Positions 1 to 8,808 of a DNA stretch of 59,151 nt are shown piece by piece. The notes under the pieces were generated by a model that saw only the letters and a program-made list of their open reading frames with translations, was not told where the DNA came from and did not search any database. Position numbers and translations under genes: made by a program. How positions within the stretch are numbered: position 1 is the stretch's first letter; each line of letters opens with the position of its first letter. This DNA comes from a virus (taxonomy: Duplodnaviria > Caudoviricetes): IMG/VR virus record IMGVR_UViG_3300044999_000021, positions 1-59,151 of that record; one strand, written 5' to 3'.

Positions 1-127
1 CCCCATGCCGGACACCGCGTCGAACAGGGCGTAGTCGTCTCCCCCGCCCCCACCGCCCCCGCTCATCACCAGCGCCGTCGATGTCGGGCTATCCACTGCC
101 AGGACGAAATACCCCGTGCCCGCTCCC
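1..127. repeat. 127-bp terminal overlap, left copy (identical to 59025-59151); contig is circular
   Basis: Exact sequence match by reading; a gene stays in frame across the join. Confidence 0.97.
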
Positions 128-462
128 ATGACCCAACTGCCGGCCTGCGATCCGCCTTCATCGCCAGCGGACAGGGCAGTGATCGCCATGCCGTCGCCGT
201 TGGCCAGCCACCAGGGCAGGTCTTTCGTCGCTTCGCCGTAGCCGCCTGCCGGAATCGTGCAATTGTTGGACACCACCAGCCGCCGCGGGTCCATGCTGTC
301 GGCTGTGGGTTGCTCGACAGACAGGATGCCGTTTGTGTCCATGCCGGTGATGAGCATGAGTGAATTCGGCGGCGCGTCCGATCCGTCCGTGTTGTGCACG
401 GGGAGCCAGCGGACGGGCAGCGCTACGCTGGAAGGCGAATATGGTCGGCGGAAATCGCTCAT
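1..462 (-). CDS. 5' part of a ~268-aa tail-region protein spanning the circular junction (continues 59024->58680)
   Basis: ATG at 462 overlaps the stop of the 459..2288 gene (ATGA); translates MSDFRRPYSP...VDSPTSTALVMSGGGGGGGDDYALFDAVSGMG, joining the 58680..59120 ORF. Confidence 0.85.
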   Translation of the reverse strand, partial: MSDFRRPYSPSSVALPVRWLPVHNTDGSDAPPNSLMLITGMDTNGILSVEQPTADSMDPRRLVVSNNCTIPAGGYGEATKDLPWWLANGDGMAITALSAGDEGGSQAGSWVMGAGTGYFVLAVDSPTSTALVMSGGGGGGGDDYALFDAVSGMG

Positions 463-2288
463 CCCTTATCGCCCTTCTCAAGACGACGCTGGGCAGCAAT
501 TACATCGTGTTGCCGTGTAGTGGAGTGAAGGTCGGCCTCTTCGCGAAGTCGCCGCCCCTGATAGTTCGGCAGGTAGACGCTATGTTCCGTGTTCACGCTG
601 ACTGTCGTCGCCGGCTTGTTCTTGTCGCCGGCGGCGAACTCAAACGACACCTGCTGAGTCGCGCCGTCGGGATAGGCCGAGAGAATGCCGCAATAGGTCC
701 GCGTGTCGGCCGCGTCCGGAACCAATTTGGCAATCTCCCCATTCAGGTAATACGTGGACCGCTTCTGCATCTTGTCGGTGTTCTCTGTGAAATCCGTTTC
801 GGTCACGTTCTCGCCGTCAACTTTGTAATTGAAGACGACCGTCGAAAGCAATTCTTCCTTCACAACGTAGGTGGTGAGATTCGACAGGCCGCCGGGAATC
901 GACCGCGAGAAATCCTTGCGGCGAAACTGCCAATTGCTCTTGGGCGCGAAGTGACAGGCGGTGAGCAGTTCCACTTCGGCAGGGAGATTCTTTTTGTTTG
1001 ACAAGATATAAGTCGGCTGCGCGAAGATGATGATGCCATGCTCGGCGTCGATCGAAAACGGCATGATTATTTCGGTCGAGGCGTTCGTGTCGGTTCCACT
1101 AAGGGAAGCCGGGTTCCTGATGCCGCACGCCAAAAATCGCGAGTGCTTGCCGAAGGCTTGCGCCGGCGCCGGCGAGTGCCGCTTTAGATCGTCCGTTGTG
1201 ACCTGGACTTGGTTGGGCAGCAGGTAGACTTGCTTGATATAATTGAATGAATCCACCATTTGGCCGGAAGCATTCGGGAACGCCATTCTGATCCCACCGC
1301 TCAGGCGGTTCGTGATTCGGTAGGCCCGGTACATCCATGCGCTGGCCAGCGCTTTAGCATCAAAATAAGTGCGGTTGCCCGGCAGATTCGGCAACCATCC
1401 TACCGGTGGCCAGCCAAACGCCCCGACAGTCGTCCAGTCCGGCCCGGGGGCTCCCGGCGGAATCGGTGCATAGCTCACATCGTTCGCTGGCCGGAACGAT
1501 CCGTCGAATTCCGGCATGACCCACTCGCAAATGAATCGACGCTGATAGCGAATGTGCGCCGACCGCACGGTAATCTTGCTCGGCACCGGCTTCGGAGTCA
1601 GACTCGGCGCGTCAAACAGGAACGGGCCGTCCGGCAACGGAAGGCCGACGCCTTCCTTGCAAATGAAAACCGCGTTGGAGTCTTTGCGGTAGACGATGCG
1701 GCAGCCGTACCGCTCGACAAGAGCCTGAAGAGCGCGGGCCGGTACTTCGGAATCCCACTCGACCGACGGATACGACTTCGGGTCGATCGCGCTCACGTCG
1801 AACCGGGCAACGCCCATCGCCTTCAAACACCGCTTGCACAAATCCTGAGCGTTGACCGCCGTCTCGGGGCGAATCGGCAGTTCTTCGGGTGGAATCGGCA
1901 CCTGCGTGAAGTTCTGGTTTCCGAAGTTTGCTTGCGTGGCAAACGTGACCAGCGGAACGGTATTCAGGTACTCAGCCGGGACGTTGAACCGTCCGGAAAT
2001 CTGACCGCCGCTCCAAGTCCAGCGGTTGTCCTCAATCAGAATCGTCAGCGTCGGCCCTTGGCCGCTCCCGCCCGCAGCCGAGACGTTCGCAACTCGGCAA
2101 GCGGGCCAAACGATGGTATTCGACCCGTCGCTGAACGACAGGTCGCCGGTCGGCGCAATCGTGCCGACGTTGACCGCTGAAATGGTGATCGTCGCACGGC
2201 CGGGCATGATGCCCTGCGAATCGACCGCCTGCGCTGACAGGTAGTCGCCGGGTCCGATGCCAGGGTAAATGACGCTGCCGATGAGCAT
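459..2288 (-). CDS. Putative tail tip / baseplate-hub-like protein, 609 aa
   Basis: Long ORF, tightly coupled to neighbours, downstream of tape measure; function inferred from synteny. Confidence 0.6.
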   Translation of the reverse strand: MLIGSVIYPGIGPGDYLSAQAVDSQGIMPGRATITISAVNVGTIAPTGDLSFSDGSNTIVWPACRVANVSAAGGSGQGPTLTILIEDNRWTWSGGQISGRFNVPAEYLNTVPLVTFATQANFGNQNFTQVPIPPEELPIRPETAVNAQDLCKRCLKAMGVARFDVSAIDPKSYPSVEWDSEVPARALQALVERYGCRIVYRKDSNAVFICKEGVGLPLPDGPFLFDAPSLTPKPVPSKITVRSAHIRYQRRFICEWVMPEFDGSFRPANDVSYAPIPPGAPGPDWTTVGAFGWPPVGWLPNLPGNRTYFDAKALASAWMYRAYRITNRLSGGIRMAFPNASGQMVDSFNYIKQVYLLPNQVQVTTDDLKRHSPAPAQAFGKHSRFLACGIRNPASLSGTDTNASTEIIMPFSIDAEHGIIIFAQPTYILSNKKNLPAEVELLTACHFAPKSNWQFRRKDFSRSIPGGLSNLTTYVVKEELLSTVVFNYKVDGENVTETDFTENTDKMQKRSTYYLNGEIAKLVPDAADTRTYCGILSAYPDGATQQVSFEFAAGDKNKPATTVSVNTEHSVYLPNYQGRRLREEADLHSTTRQHDVIAAQRRLEKGDKG

Positions 2289-2289
2289 G

Positions 2290-3513
2290 TTAGGTGATGG
2301 TCACAGTCCGCCCGGTGCCGATCGCCAGCGTGACGCCCGTAATGTCCGCGTCCGGCAGGATCACGCCGTTGGTGAACGTGCAGGTGTGGTACGGGTCGAA
2401 CAATTGGCCGCCTTCGTACAACGTGCAGTTCGTCACCGTCCGGCTCCGCAAGTCCTCGCGGAACGACGCCAAGCCGTTGCCGCCGACGTTCAGAGTCGTG
2501 ATCGTGCCCGTGGACTGGTAGGACAGTGAGCCGCCGTAGATCGTCGCTGTCGTGACCGCTCCCGAGCCGGTGATGGTCAGAACCCCGCCGTATCCGAGAA
2601 TCGTCGTCACTGCCGCCGCGAGCGCAACCGTGCCCCCGGACCAGTCAAGAGTGGTGAGTGTCAGGCCGACTCCGGCGACAACCGAGCTTGTGGCATTCGC
2701 CCCGGCTGCGATCCGCAGAGTCGTGACCGTGGACGTTTCCCCGGGCTGGTAGGCAACGCCCACCGCCCCATTGTTGACGTTCAGGCTGGTGATCGATGAA
2801 CCGGTAAGCGTGACAATCTGCTCGCCGCTCTGCGCCGTCCCGGTGGCATTGATGTTGAACGTGGTGGCCGTGCTGCCCGCGGCGAGCTTGATCCGCGTCG
2901 GCGCCCCGCCCACGTTGAACGTCGTCGCCCCGAGTTGCAGGTACTGGCCCCGCCACTCGGCGTATCCCTTGGTGTTCTGCGGCGGCAGGCCGATGGAGAA
3001 GGCCGAGTCCACGTTGTTGCCGACCGTGAACGTCGTCGGCAGGATGGTATGCGCGTCGAGGGCGTAAAGGATCGGCGGCAGGTTCGGCCCGTCCGCGATC
3101 ACGTTGTCCGTGCTGGCCGGCAGACTCCCCGTGGACCAGTTGGCCGTATTCGACCAATAGTTCGGCCCCGTGCCGCTCGTGACCGTTGCTGTGACGAACG
3201 TCGGGGATCCCGACCCGCCGGCTGCGGTCGCAAAGCTGATGTTCGCCCCGTTGGCCGGCCCGGTGACCGTGATGACCGCCCCGAGGACGCTGTAGGTCGA
3301 TTCCTGGAACTCCGGTTCCGGGCTCGCCTGGAGCAACGCCAGCACTCCCGCCGCGGCATCGCTCGCGCTGGTGGTCGTGGCCGTGAATACGACCGTCTTG
3401 CCGTTGGCATTTGTAACCGTGAAAGTGCTACCGCTCGCAACAGTGCCGCCGCACGTTAGGCTCAAGACGACAGGGACGGCCTGGGCAGTTCCCAACCAAA
3501 TTGGCGTTGCCAC
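2290..3513 (-). CDS. Virion tail protein, 407 aa, T/G/A-rich with beta-solenoid-like repeats
   Basis: Composition (ITTLNVGG, VTTATIYGG-type repeats) and position in tail module. Confidence 0.6.
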   Translation of the reverse strand: MATPIWLGTAQAVPVVLSLTCGGTVASGSTFTVTNANGKTVVFTATTTSASDAAAGVLALLQASPEPEFQESTYSVLGAVITVTGPANGANISFATAAGGSGSPTFVTATVTSGTGPNYWSNTANWSTGSLPASTDNVIADGPNLPPILYALDAHTILPTTFTVGNNVDSAFSIGLPPQNTKGYAEWRGQYLQLGATTFNVGGAPTRIKLAAGSTATTFNINATGTAQSGEQIVTLTGSSITSLNVNNGAVGVAYQPGETSTVTTLRIAAGANATSSVVAGVGLTLTTLDWSGGTVALAAAVTTILGYGGVLTITGSGAVTTATIYGGSLSYQSTGTITTLNVGGNGLASFREDLRSRTVTNCTLYEGGQLFDPYHTCTFTNGVILPDADITGVTLAIGTGRTVTIT

Positions 3514-3528
3514 GAATCACGCTCATGC

Positions 3529-3610
3529 CGCTCTCCCCAGAGCGTTCCCCCGGTTCGCGTTCGTGACTGGACGGCGGAGGAATTGCCGTCCGGGTTGCAA
3601 ACCCTGTCAC
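3529..3610 (-). ncRNA. Cis structured RNA motif, copy 1 (three-way junction + pseudoknot + 5-bp/6-nt G-loop hairpin)
   Basis: P1 GTGAC/GTCAC, P2 GGGTT-TGC-AACCC, P3 GGACGGC/GCCGTCC; loop TTCCTCC pairs with downstream GGGGGAA; P4 CGCTC-TGGGGA-GAGCG. Confidence 0.7.
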
Positions 3611-3630
3611 TGTAAAACGGAATCCTTAAC

Positions 3631-4707
3631 TCATCCGGCCAATGCAGCCGACGCCACCTTGGCACGGTCGCGGTCGATTTCCACGCCGAGAAACCGACGG
3701 CCGATCTTCTTGGCCGCGACCAGTGTTGTTCCGGACCCAGCCATCGGGTCAAGGACGATGCCGCCCTTTGGGCAAAGCAACTCGATCAGATTGGCCGCCT
3801 CCATTTGGCCTTGAGCCCAATCGTGCTTTTCCTTATCGCCTGGCTCTGACCGAATCCAGTCGATCAGGTACTCGCCGCGATAGGTTCCTTTGACGAACCA
3901 TAAGAGCGGCTTCCATGCGACATCGACCCTGACACCGTGCATCCGCCGCAGACCGCCGGAATGCCGAAGGGCAAGCATCCAGTGGTATCGAAGGTCGGTC
4001 ATTTGCTGGAAGATCGACGGCAGGGCGTATTGCCCGGCATAGCAAATCAAGCTGCCTCCCTCGACTAGAACGCGAGCGGCGAGTTTGGATATGTCGCCAT
4101 AGAGCGGGATCGATTCCTTGTCGTAGGGCGGGTCGGTGAAGATGAGGTCTACGCTGGCGTCGGGAAGGTCATCCAAGACCTTGCGGAAGTCGCCACACCG
4201 AACGCCGTCCACGAGTTTCACTTTCGAGGCAGCGGCGGATCGGAGCTTTTGATGGTTCTTCTTCTTGGCACTGCTGGTAGCCTTGCTGACCAGCTCCTTT
4301 GATGAGACAGGCTGCCCCTTGGCTTTTCGATCTGCCAGCACGAACTCGAATTCGTCTTCGGGTATTCCTGCGATCCGTTCGCACCGGTGAGCGGCTTGCG
4401 GAGTTAGGCCGGCGGTTTTAAGGGTGACAGCTTTCAAACTTCCGCTAGGTGGAAGTTTGAAAGCCCCGTTCTTTCCAGTCCCATGACCTTTCTCCAGCGC
4501 CGAAGAGATTTCCCCAATGCGCCGCTGTGCCCTCACCTTGATCTCGGCAGCCCACGTTTCAAGTTCATGGTCGTTCGCCTGTCGGCCGTAGGCCCGTAGC
4601 GCCTCGGCCTTGTCGCGGATGGCTTTGGCTTCGTCAACCTTGCTGCACCGGTCGAGCGATCGGCGGGCTTCTTCGTATCGGACCAAAACTCCGTTTCCGA
4701 TTGTCAC
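3631..4707 (-). CDS. DNA N6-adenine/N4-cytosine methyltransferase (beta-class motif order) with N-terminal helical extension, 358 aa
   Basis: IFTDPPY catalytic motif precedes VLDPMAGSGTT SAM-binding motif and RRFLGVEID. Confidence 0.9.
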   Translation of the reverse strand: MTIGNGVLVRYEEARRSLDRCSKVDEAKAIRDKAEALRAYGRQANDHELETWAAEIKVRAQRRIGEISSALEKGHGTGKNGAFKLPPSGSLKAVTLKTAGLTPQAAHRCERIAGIPEDEFEFVLADRKAKGQPVSSKELVSKATSSAKKKNHQKLRSAAASKVKLVDGVRCGDFRKVLDDLPDASVDLIFTDPPYDKESIPLYGDISKLAARVLVEGGSLICYAGQYALPSIFQQMTDLRYHWMLALRHSGGLRRMHGVRVDVAWKPLLWFVKGTYRGEYLIDWIRSEPGDKEKHDWAQGQMEAANLIELLCPKGGIVLDPMAGSGTTLVAAKKIGRRFLGVEIDRDRAKVASAALAG

Positions 4708-6515
4708 AGAATGTTCTCCATCTTGGTCGATTGGAGCTTCTGGCGGATTTTATGCCGGGCCTTCTCCATAGACTCCGGCGACGTCAAGTTCGTCGTCAAT
4801 GACCCGATGCTCAGGGCATCGTCAAAGTCCTTGTCCGTGAACTCCGGCCGGCCTCGATTCAGCCATGCCTGGATGACGAACTGGCCGGCCCGGACGCAGT
4901 ATTCCTCATCGAAGTGCCGCTTGGCCAGCGCCCGCACGTCGGCGTCCGCTCCCACGTCCTGATAGCAGGATTCCAAGCCTTCGACGTAACGGAAGTAGGC
5001 GGGGTTCAAGAGGACGGTGTTCTCTTCCTTGCGGTAGACGGCCGCCTTGCCGTTCATCTCTTCCAAGATGGCCGGGTCGTCGGTGAAGTCTACGACTGGA
5101 ATGCCGATGGACCGGGAGGGGAGTTTCTTGCCCGAAGCCGGTGGCCTCTGCGGCGTGGGCGTAGCCGAATCTTCGCGAGGCTTGGGATTGGGGTTCGGCG
5201 TCCCGTACCGACGTTTCTGCTCGCTGCCCTCGTGGCCGTTGTTTGCCGGATCGACGCTCGACCGCTCGTCAGCCGCTGCCTTCAGTTCTTCCAAGAACGC
5301 CTTCAGTCGTTCCATCACCCCTTTGTTGTTAGTTTGGCTGAGCGCCTGTTGCTCGACATATTCCACCAACCATTCCGGCCGGCTGATCCGCACCAACTCG
5401 GCGAACACCTCGACGCGCACGGGTTGATTGTCGCCATCGCGATCGATGACCTGATCTCGGTAATCGTTGTTTTTGATCGGGCAGTCGTCAGGAAGAAGAA
5501 TCTGCACTACGACGTTGGCACTGCCGAACGTCAGTCCGAACGGGCCAGCGATTCTGACCCACGACGTGTGGATGTCGTAGCACTCGTTCCGCCAAACGAG
5601 ACAGATATGATCGCCGCGGCTGCCCACTCCGTAAGCGTCCATCGTCCGCGCCCGCGAATGACCCAATTTGTCTCGGTTGTATTCGCCTTGCAGTTTGCAG
5701 TATCGAATCGTGATCGGCCCGAACGCCGGATGGACTGCCGGCACGTCCTCCATGCGAGCGCCGCCCTTGCCCGACTTGGCAAAGGACATCGTCAAGTCTT
5801 CCAGGCCGCTGGCAGCGCGTGGCTCGCGAGAACCAGTGGTGGCGAATGCCCCGCGAACGGTAATGCCTGGACCGAACCGATAGAACCGCGTGTTGATGAG
5901 TTGCATGAGCCAGTTCGTGGAGGCCATGCCGGGAATAAGCTTATGTACGGTGTCATGGTCGGCCGACTTGCCAAGGATGACGACTTCCGTCCAATCCACG
6001 TCGAGCGGGCGATCTCGCCGACCAGAGAAGTCATCTGTCACATCGATGACTTCTTCCCACGTCCCGTCGATATAGGTGCGACGCTTGACGTAGACCGGAT
6101 GATCGAATCCCGCTTGGTGTTCAGCGGCAAGAGTGATCTGCGAAACGCGGCCAAGGTGGCAGGAGCGGTAGACCATGCCGAAGGGACTCACTTTCAGACC
6201 GCTCACTTTGGCCCCTTGGCCAAAGTTCTGGTCGATGCCGAGTTGCTTGCCCGTGCTGGCCAAGTCCATCAGGCGGGACAGGTCTTCACCAGACATCCCG
6301 GGGCCTTCGTTGAACAGGCCGAGCTTCGGGACATCACCAACCGATTCCGTGAACCATTTGACCGTACCCGCCGGACTAACGCCGAGAGCGGCGTCTTCGG
6401 CGTTTTTGAGAAGTTCACGAATCACTGTCATACTGGGACAGTTTTCGATGAACTTGTGAATGAAGAACGGCTGATTTCGGAACTGAATGGGTTCGTTTCG
6501 AGTCGCAGTAGCCAC
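4704..6515 (-). CDS. GHKL (HSP90/MORC-like) ATPase protein, ~603 aa
   Basis: RELLKNAEDA (N box), NEGPGMS (G1), NFGQGAK (G2); start set at GTG 6515 with GGAG 8 nt upstream. Confidence 0.8.
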   Translation of the reverse strand: MATATRNEPIQFRNQPFFIHKFIENCPSMTVIRELLKNAEDAALGVSPAGTVKWFTESVGDVPKLGLFNEGPGMSGEDLSRLMDLASTGKQLGIDQNFGQGAKVSGLKVSPFGMVYRSCHLGRVSQITLAAEHQAGFDHPVYVKRRTYIDGTWEEVIDVTDDFSGRRDRPLDVDWTEVVILGKSADHDTVHKLIPGMASTNWLMQLINTRFYRFGPGITVRGAFATTGSREPRAASGLEDLTMSFAKSGKGGARMEDVPAVHPAFGPITIRYCKLQGEYNRDKLGHSRARTMDAYGVGSRGDHICLVWRNECYDIHTSWVRIAGPFGLTFGSANVVVQILLPDDCPIKNNDYRDQVIDRDGDNQPVRVEVFAELVRISRPEWLVEYVEQQALSQTNNKGVMERLKAFLEELKAAADERSSVDPANNGHEGSEQKRRYGTPNPNPKPREDSATPTPQRPPASGKKLPSRSIGIPVVDFTDDPAILEEMNGKAAVYRKEENTVLLNPAYFRYVEGLESCYQDVGADADVRALAKRHFDEEYCVRAGQFVIQAWLNRGRPEFTDKDFDDALSIGSLTTNLTSPESMEKARHKIRQKLQSTKMENIL

Positions 6516-6554
6516 GAGTTTTGCTCCGGTGCGGCATTGTGATTGGCTGGGCAG

Positions 6555-6565
6555 ATTGTACCCCA
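6555..6565 (-). promoter_or_regulatory. Possible -10 box (TACAAT) for the GHKL/MTase cassette
   Basis: TGGGGTACAAT about 40 nt upstream of the GTG start; -35 poor. Confidence 0.35.
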
Positions 6566-6580
6566 TCGCCGCTCGGTCGC

Positions 6581-7297
6581 CTACCTCCAAGAATTCGGCA
6601 AGCCGCCGAGCGATCCAACCGCGCCCATCGTGTACGCCCACTCGACCCGGCATTCCCACTTCTTCGCACCGACCCGCTTCACCGACCTCTTGAACGTCGG
6701 CGCCATGAGCAGCGACGACTTGAACAGAGGCCCTGGGGGTGTGGCGTAGCTCACTGGTGTCAGGCCCTGCGTCACCGCGTAGCCTTGCTGAATCAGACGA
6801 TTCGGAGTCTGCCCGTACAACTGCACGGGGATGGGGGCGGCGTTGGCAGGCAACTGGAAGTCGATCACGGGGCCGGAACCGGACGATTCCACCGTTTCGA
6901 GGAAGTCGAGCAGGACAGGGCCGGTGCCGATCGGGTATGTGGCCTGGACCGTGAAATTGAAGTCGCGGTAGGTCGCGAACTGAGCGCCCTTGTACGACGG
7001 GTAATTGACCCCGCCGAGACAACGGGTTCCCGTCGTGCTGCCGGCGTTCAAGAGCCGCTGGGCAATCGACCCGTCGTTCGCGATCAGGACCAAATCTTGG
7101 TTGTTGATCGTCAAGGCATTTTCGAGAGCAGAACATTTTGCCACAATCTGCGCCGGCGTCCCGGTCCACTGGCCCTCGACGGACATCATCACTTCGGTTT
7201 CGTAGACCTGATTGGCCGCGTTCTCCGTGCCGCGTTTGGCAACGGTCCACCCGGCGCCGTTGGCCTCCAAGAACGCATTCCCCCAGCGTATCTGCAT
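6581..7297 (-). CDS. Putative distal-tail-like virion protein, 238 aa
   Basis: First minus-strand gene after tape measure; beta-rich; GGAG RBS. Confidence 0.55.
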   Translation of the reverse strand: MQIRWGNAFLEANGAGWTVAKRGTENAANQVYETEVMMSVEGQWTGTPAQIVAKCSALENALTINNQDLVLIANDGSIAQRLLNAGSTTGTRCLGGVNYPSYKGAQFATYRDFNFTVQATYPIGTGPVLLDFLETVESSGSGPVIDFQLPANAAPIPVQLYGQTPNRLIQQGYAVTQGLTPVSYATPPGPLFKSSLLMAPTFKRSVKRVGAKKWECRVEWAYTMGAVGSLGGLPNSWR

Positions 7298-7451
7298 TGG
7301 TTCGCTCCGCCTTCACTGGCGTCAACCTCTTCAGGATGCTAAAACGGTCCCATCGGGACGGCCGGAGTAATTAACCGGCTTGAGCCTGTCCGGCGCCGCC
7401 GCATGTTCCTCGGCTCGCCGGACAGGCATTGCCCGACAAGGAACACAACCG

Positions 7452-7733
7452 ATGAGCGATACCGTGACCTACTACCAACTGCGCGGCTTCAGCACGATCC
7501 GCATCCAATGCAACCACGCCGACTGCTACGCGGTCAGCGAACTTCCGATCGAAAAGGTGGAAGCGGCGATGAAGAAAACAAACGCCTGCTGCCCAATATG
7601 CGGCAAGCCGTTCACGAAGCCATCCGTAGACGGCGGCGCGGACGTGGTCTCGGCCTTGGCCAAGATCATCATGGCGCTCAACGGATTGGCAGAGCATGTC
7701 GCCATCGATCTTCCCGTTCGGATCGACGCATAA
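7452..7733 (+). CDS. Small Zn-ribbon protein (moron), 93 aa
   Basis: CNHADC and CPICG motifs, AAGGA RBS, opposite strand to tail genes. Confidence 0.65.
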   Translation: MSDTVTYYQLRGFSTIRIQCNHADCYAVSELPIEKVEAAMKKTNACCPICGKPFTKPSVDGGADVVSALAKIIMALNGLAEHVAIDLPVRIDA

Positions 7734-7938
7734 CCGCGCCGCCGGGGCCGAGCATTCGCGTTTTCCAGTCATAATTCGCATGCTCGGTCCCCCCATTTCC
7801 CCGTCCAATCTTCCGGTTATGCCGCCTTTGCGGCCCCATCTATACCGGCGTTCCCTAGCCATTTCGCGCCCGTTCGCTTGCAATGCCCAAATCAGCGAAT
7901 TAGGCTGATCCCAGCTGAAAAACACTCCGGAGGTTCCG

Positions 7939-8796
7939 ATGATTCAGGTCACCTGCCCGGTCTGCTCCAAGCGCGGCCGCGTTCCGGATGAGGCGGCGGG
8001 GCGGTCGGTGCGGTGTTCCAAGTGCGCGGCGGAAATGCGGGTGCCGTTCGACAACGCCCGCGAATATCCCGTTGCGGCGGCTCCGATCATCTCGCCGCGC
8101 GTCGCCGCGACTGCAACGTACCGACCGACTTCGAGTGCGCCCAAGCGTTCCAAAATTCGATTTGTTATTGGAGCAATTATTTTTGTCGCACTGGCCGGAT
8201 TGTCCGCAGCGAGTTTCCTTGTTCCGGGAATACTTGGCCGTGGAAAAGAAACGAAGCAAGTAGCTAACACGCTGCCAGTTCGCCGGATAAACTCCAAGTT
8301 CAACGACCTCTACACAAAGGCCGATAAAGCCTATACATCGCTCGACGCGGACCTCGCCATGTCCTATGCAGATTCGGCTCTGCTTGCTGCCGAAACTGAC
8401 CGAGAAAAGGCCAGCGTTATAGCTCTCATGGCCTATTGCTGCTCCATTAAGGGCCACCACTCTACCGCCGCCGATTACTGGACAATGGCAATACGTTTGG
8501 AGCCAGAGGACTTCGGCCATCGCCTTGCTCGGTGCAAATGTCGATTTCAAGTTGCTAAAGAACGCAGCCTTGACACGGTTCGCCTTTGGATTCAAGTCGT
8601 TGACGACTCTCAGGACCTTGTGCGAAGAAACGACAAATGCGCGGAAGCGTGGATGATGCTGGGCGAAGCCCAGTGGTGCATATTTCAAAAGGACGCGGCA
8701 GAACAAGCAATCAGGAAATCCCTTTCGCTGGACCCGTCCAGGGAATCGAAATTGAAGGCACATGATCTTTTCCCTGACGCTTTCCCGCTTCCGTGA
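7939..8796 (+). CDS. Zn-ribbon + single TM + TPR-like membrane protein (moron), 285 aa
   Basis: CPVC...CSKC N-terminus, hydrophobic FVIGAIIFVALAGLSAASFLV, TPR-like AEAWMMLGEAQW...SLSLDP; GGAGG RBS; lower GC. Confidence 0.8.
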   Translation: MIQVTCPVCSKRGRVPDEAAGRSVRCSKCAAEMRVPFDNAREYPVAAAPIISPRVAATATYRPTSSAPKRSKIRFVIGAIIFVALAGLSAASFLVPGILGRGKETKQVANTLPVRRINSKFNDLYTKADKAYTSLDADLAMSYADSALLAAETDREKASVIALMAYCCSIKGHHSTAADYWTMAIRLEPEDFGHRLARCKCRFQVAKERSLDTVRLWIQVVDDSQDLVRRNDKCAEAWMMLGEAQWCIFQKDAAEQAIRKSLSLDPSRESKLKAHDLFPDAFPLP

Positions 8797-8808
8797 ATCC
8801 CGTTACGA

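Noticed and set aside
3529-3610. Hammerhead or HDV-like ribozyme identity for the repeated RNA motif
   Set aside because: No CUGANGA/GAAA core and stem order differs from the HDV nested double pseudoknot; self-cleavage by a new fold is not excluded
4914-6542. 542-aa plus-strand ORF (likewise 28492..29862, 16287..17030, 13575..14603, 21692..22615)
   Set aside because: Antisense shadows of real genes in GC-rich DNA; no motifs or RBS
4704-7325. 873-aa version of the GHKL ORF
   Set aside because: The first ~270 aa are a shadow frame over the 6581..7297 gene; RBS and motifs support a start at 6515
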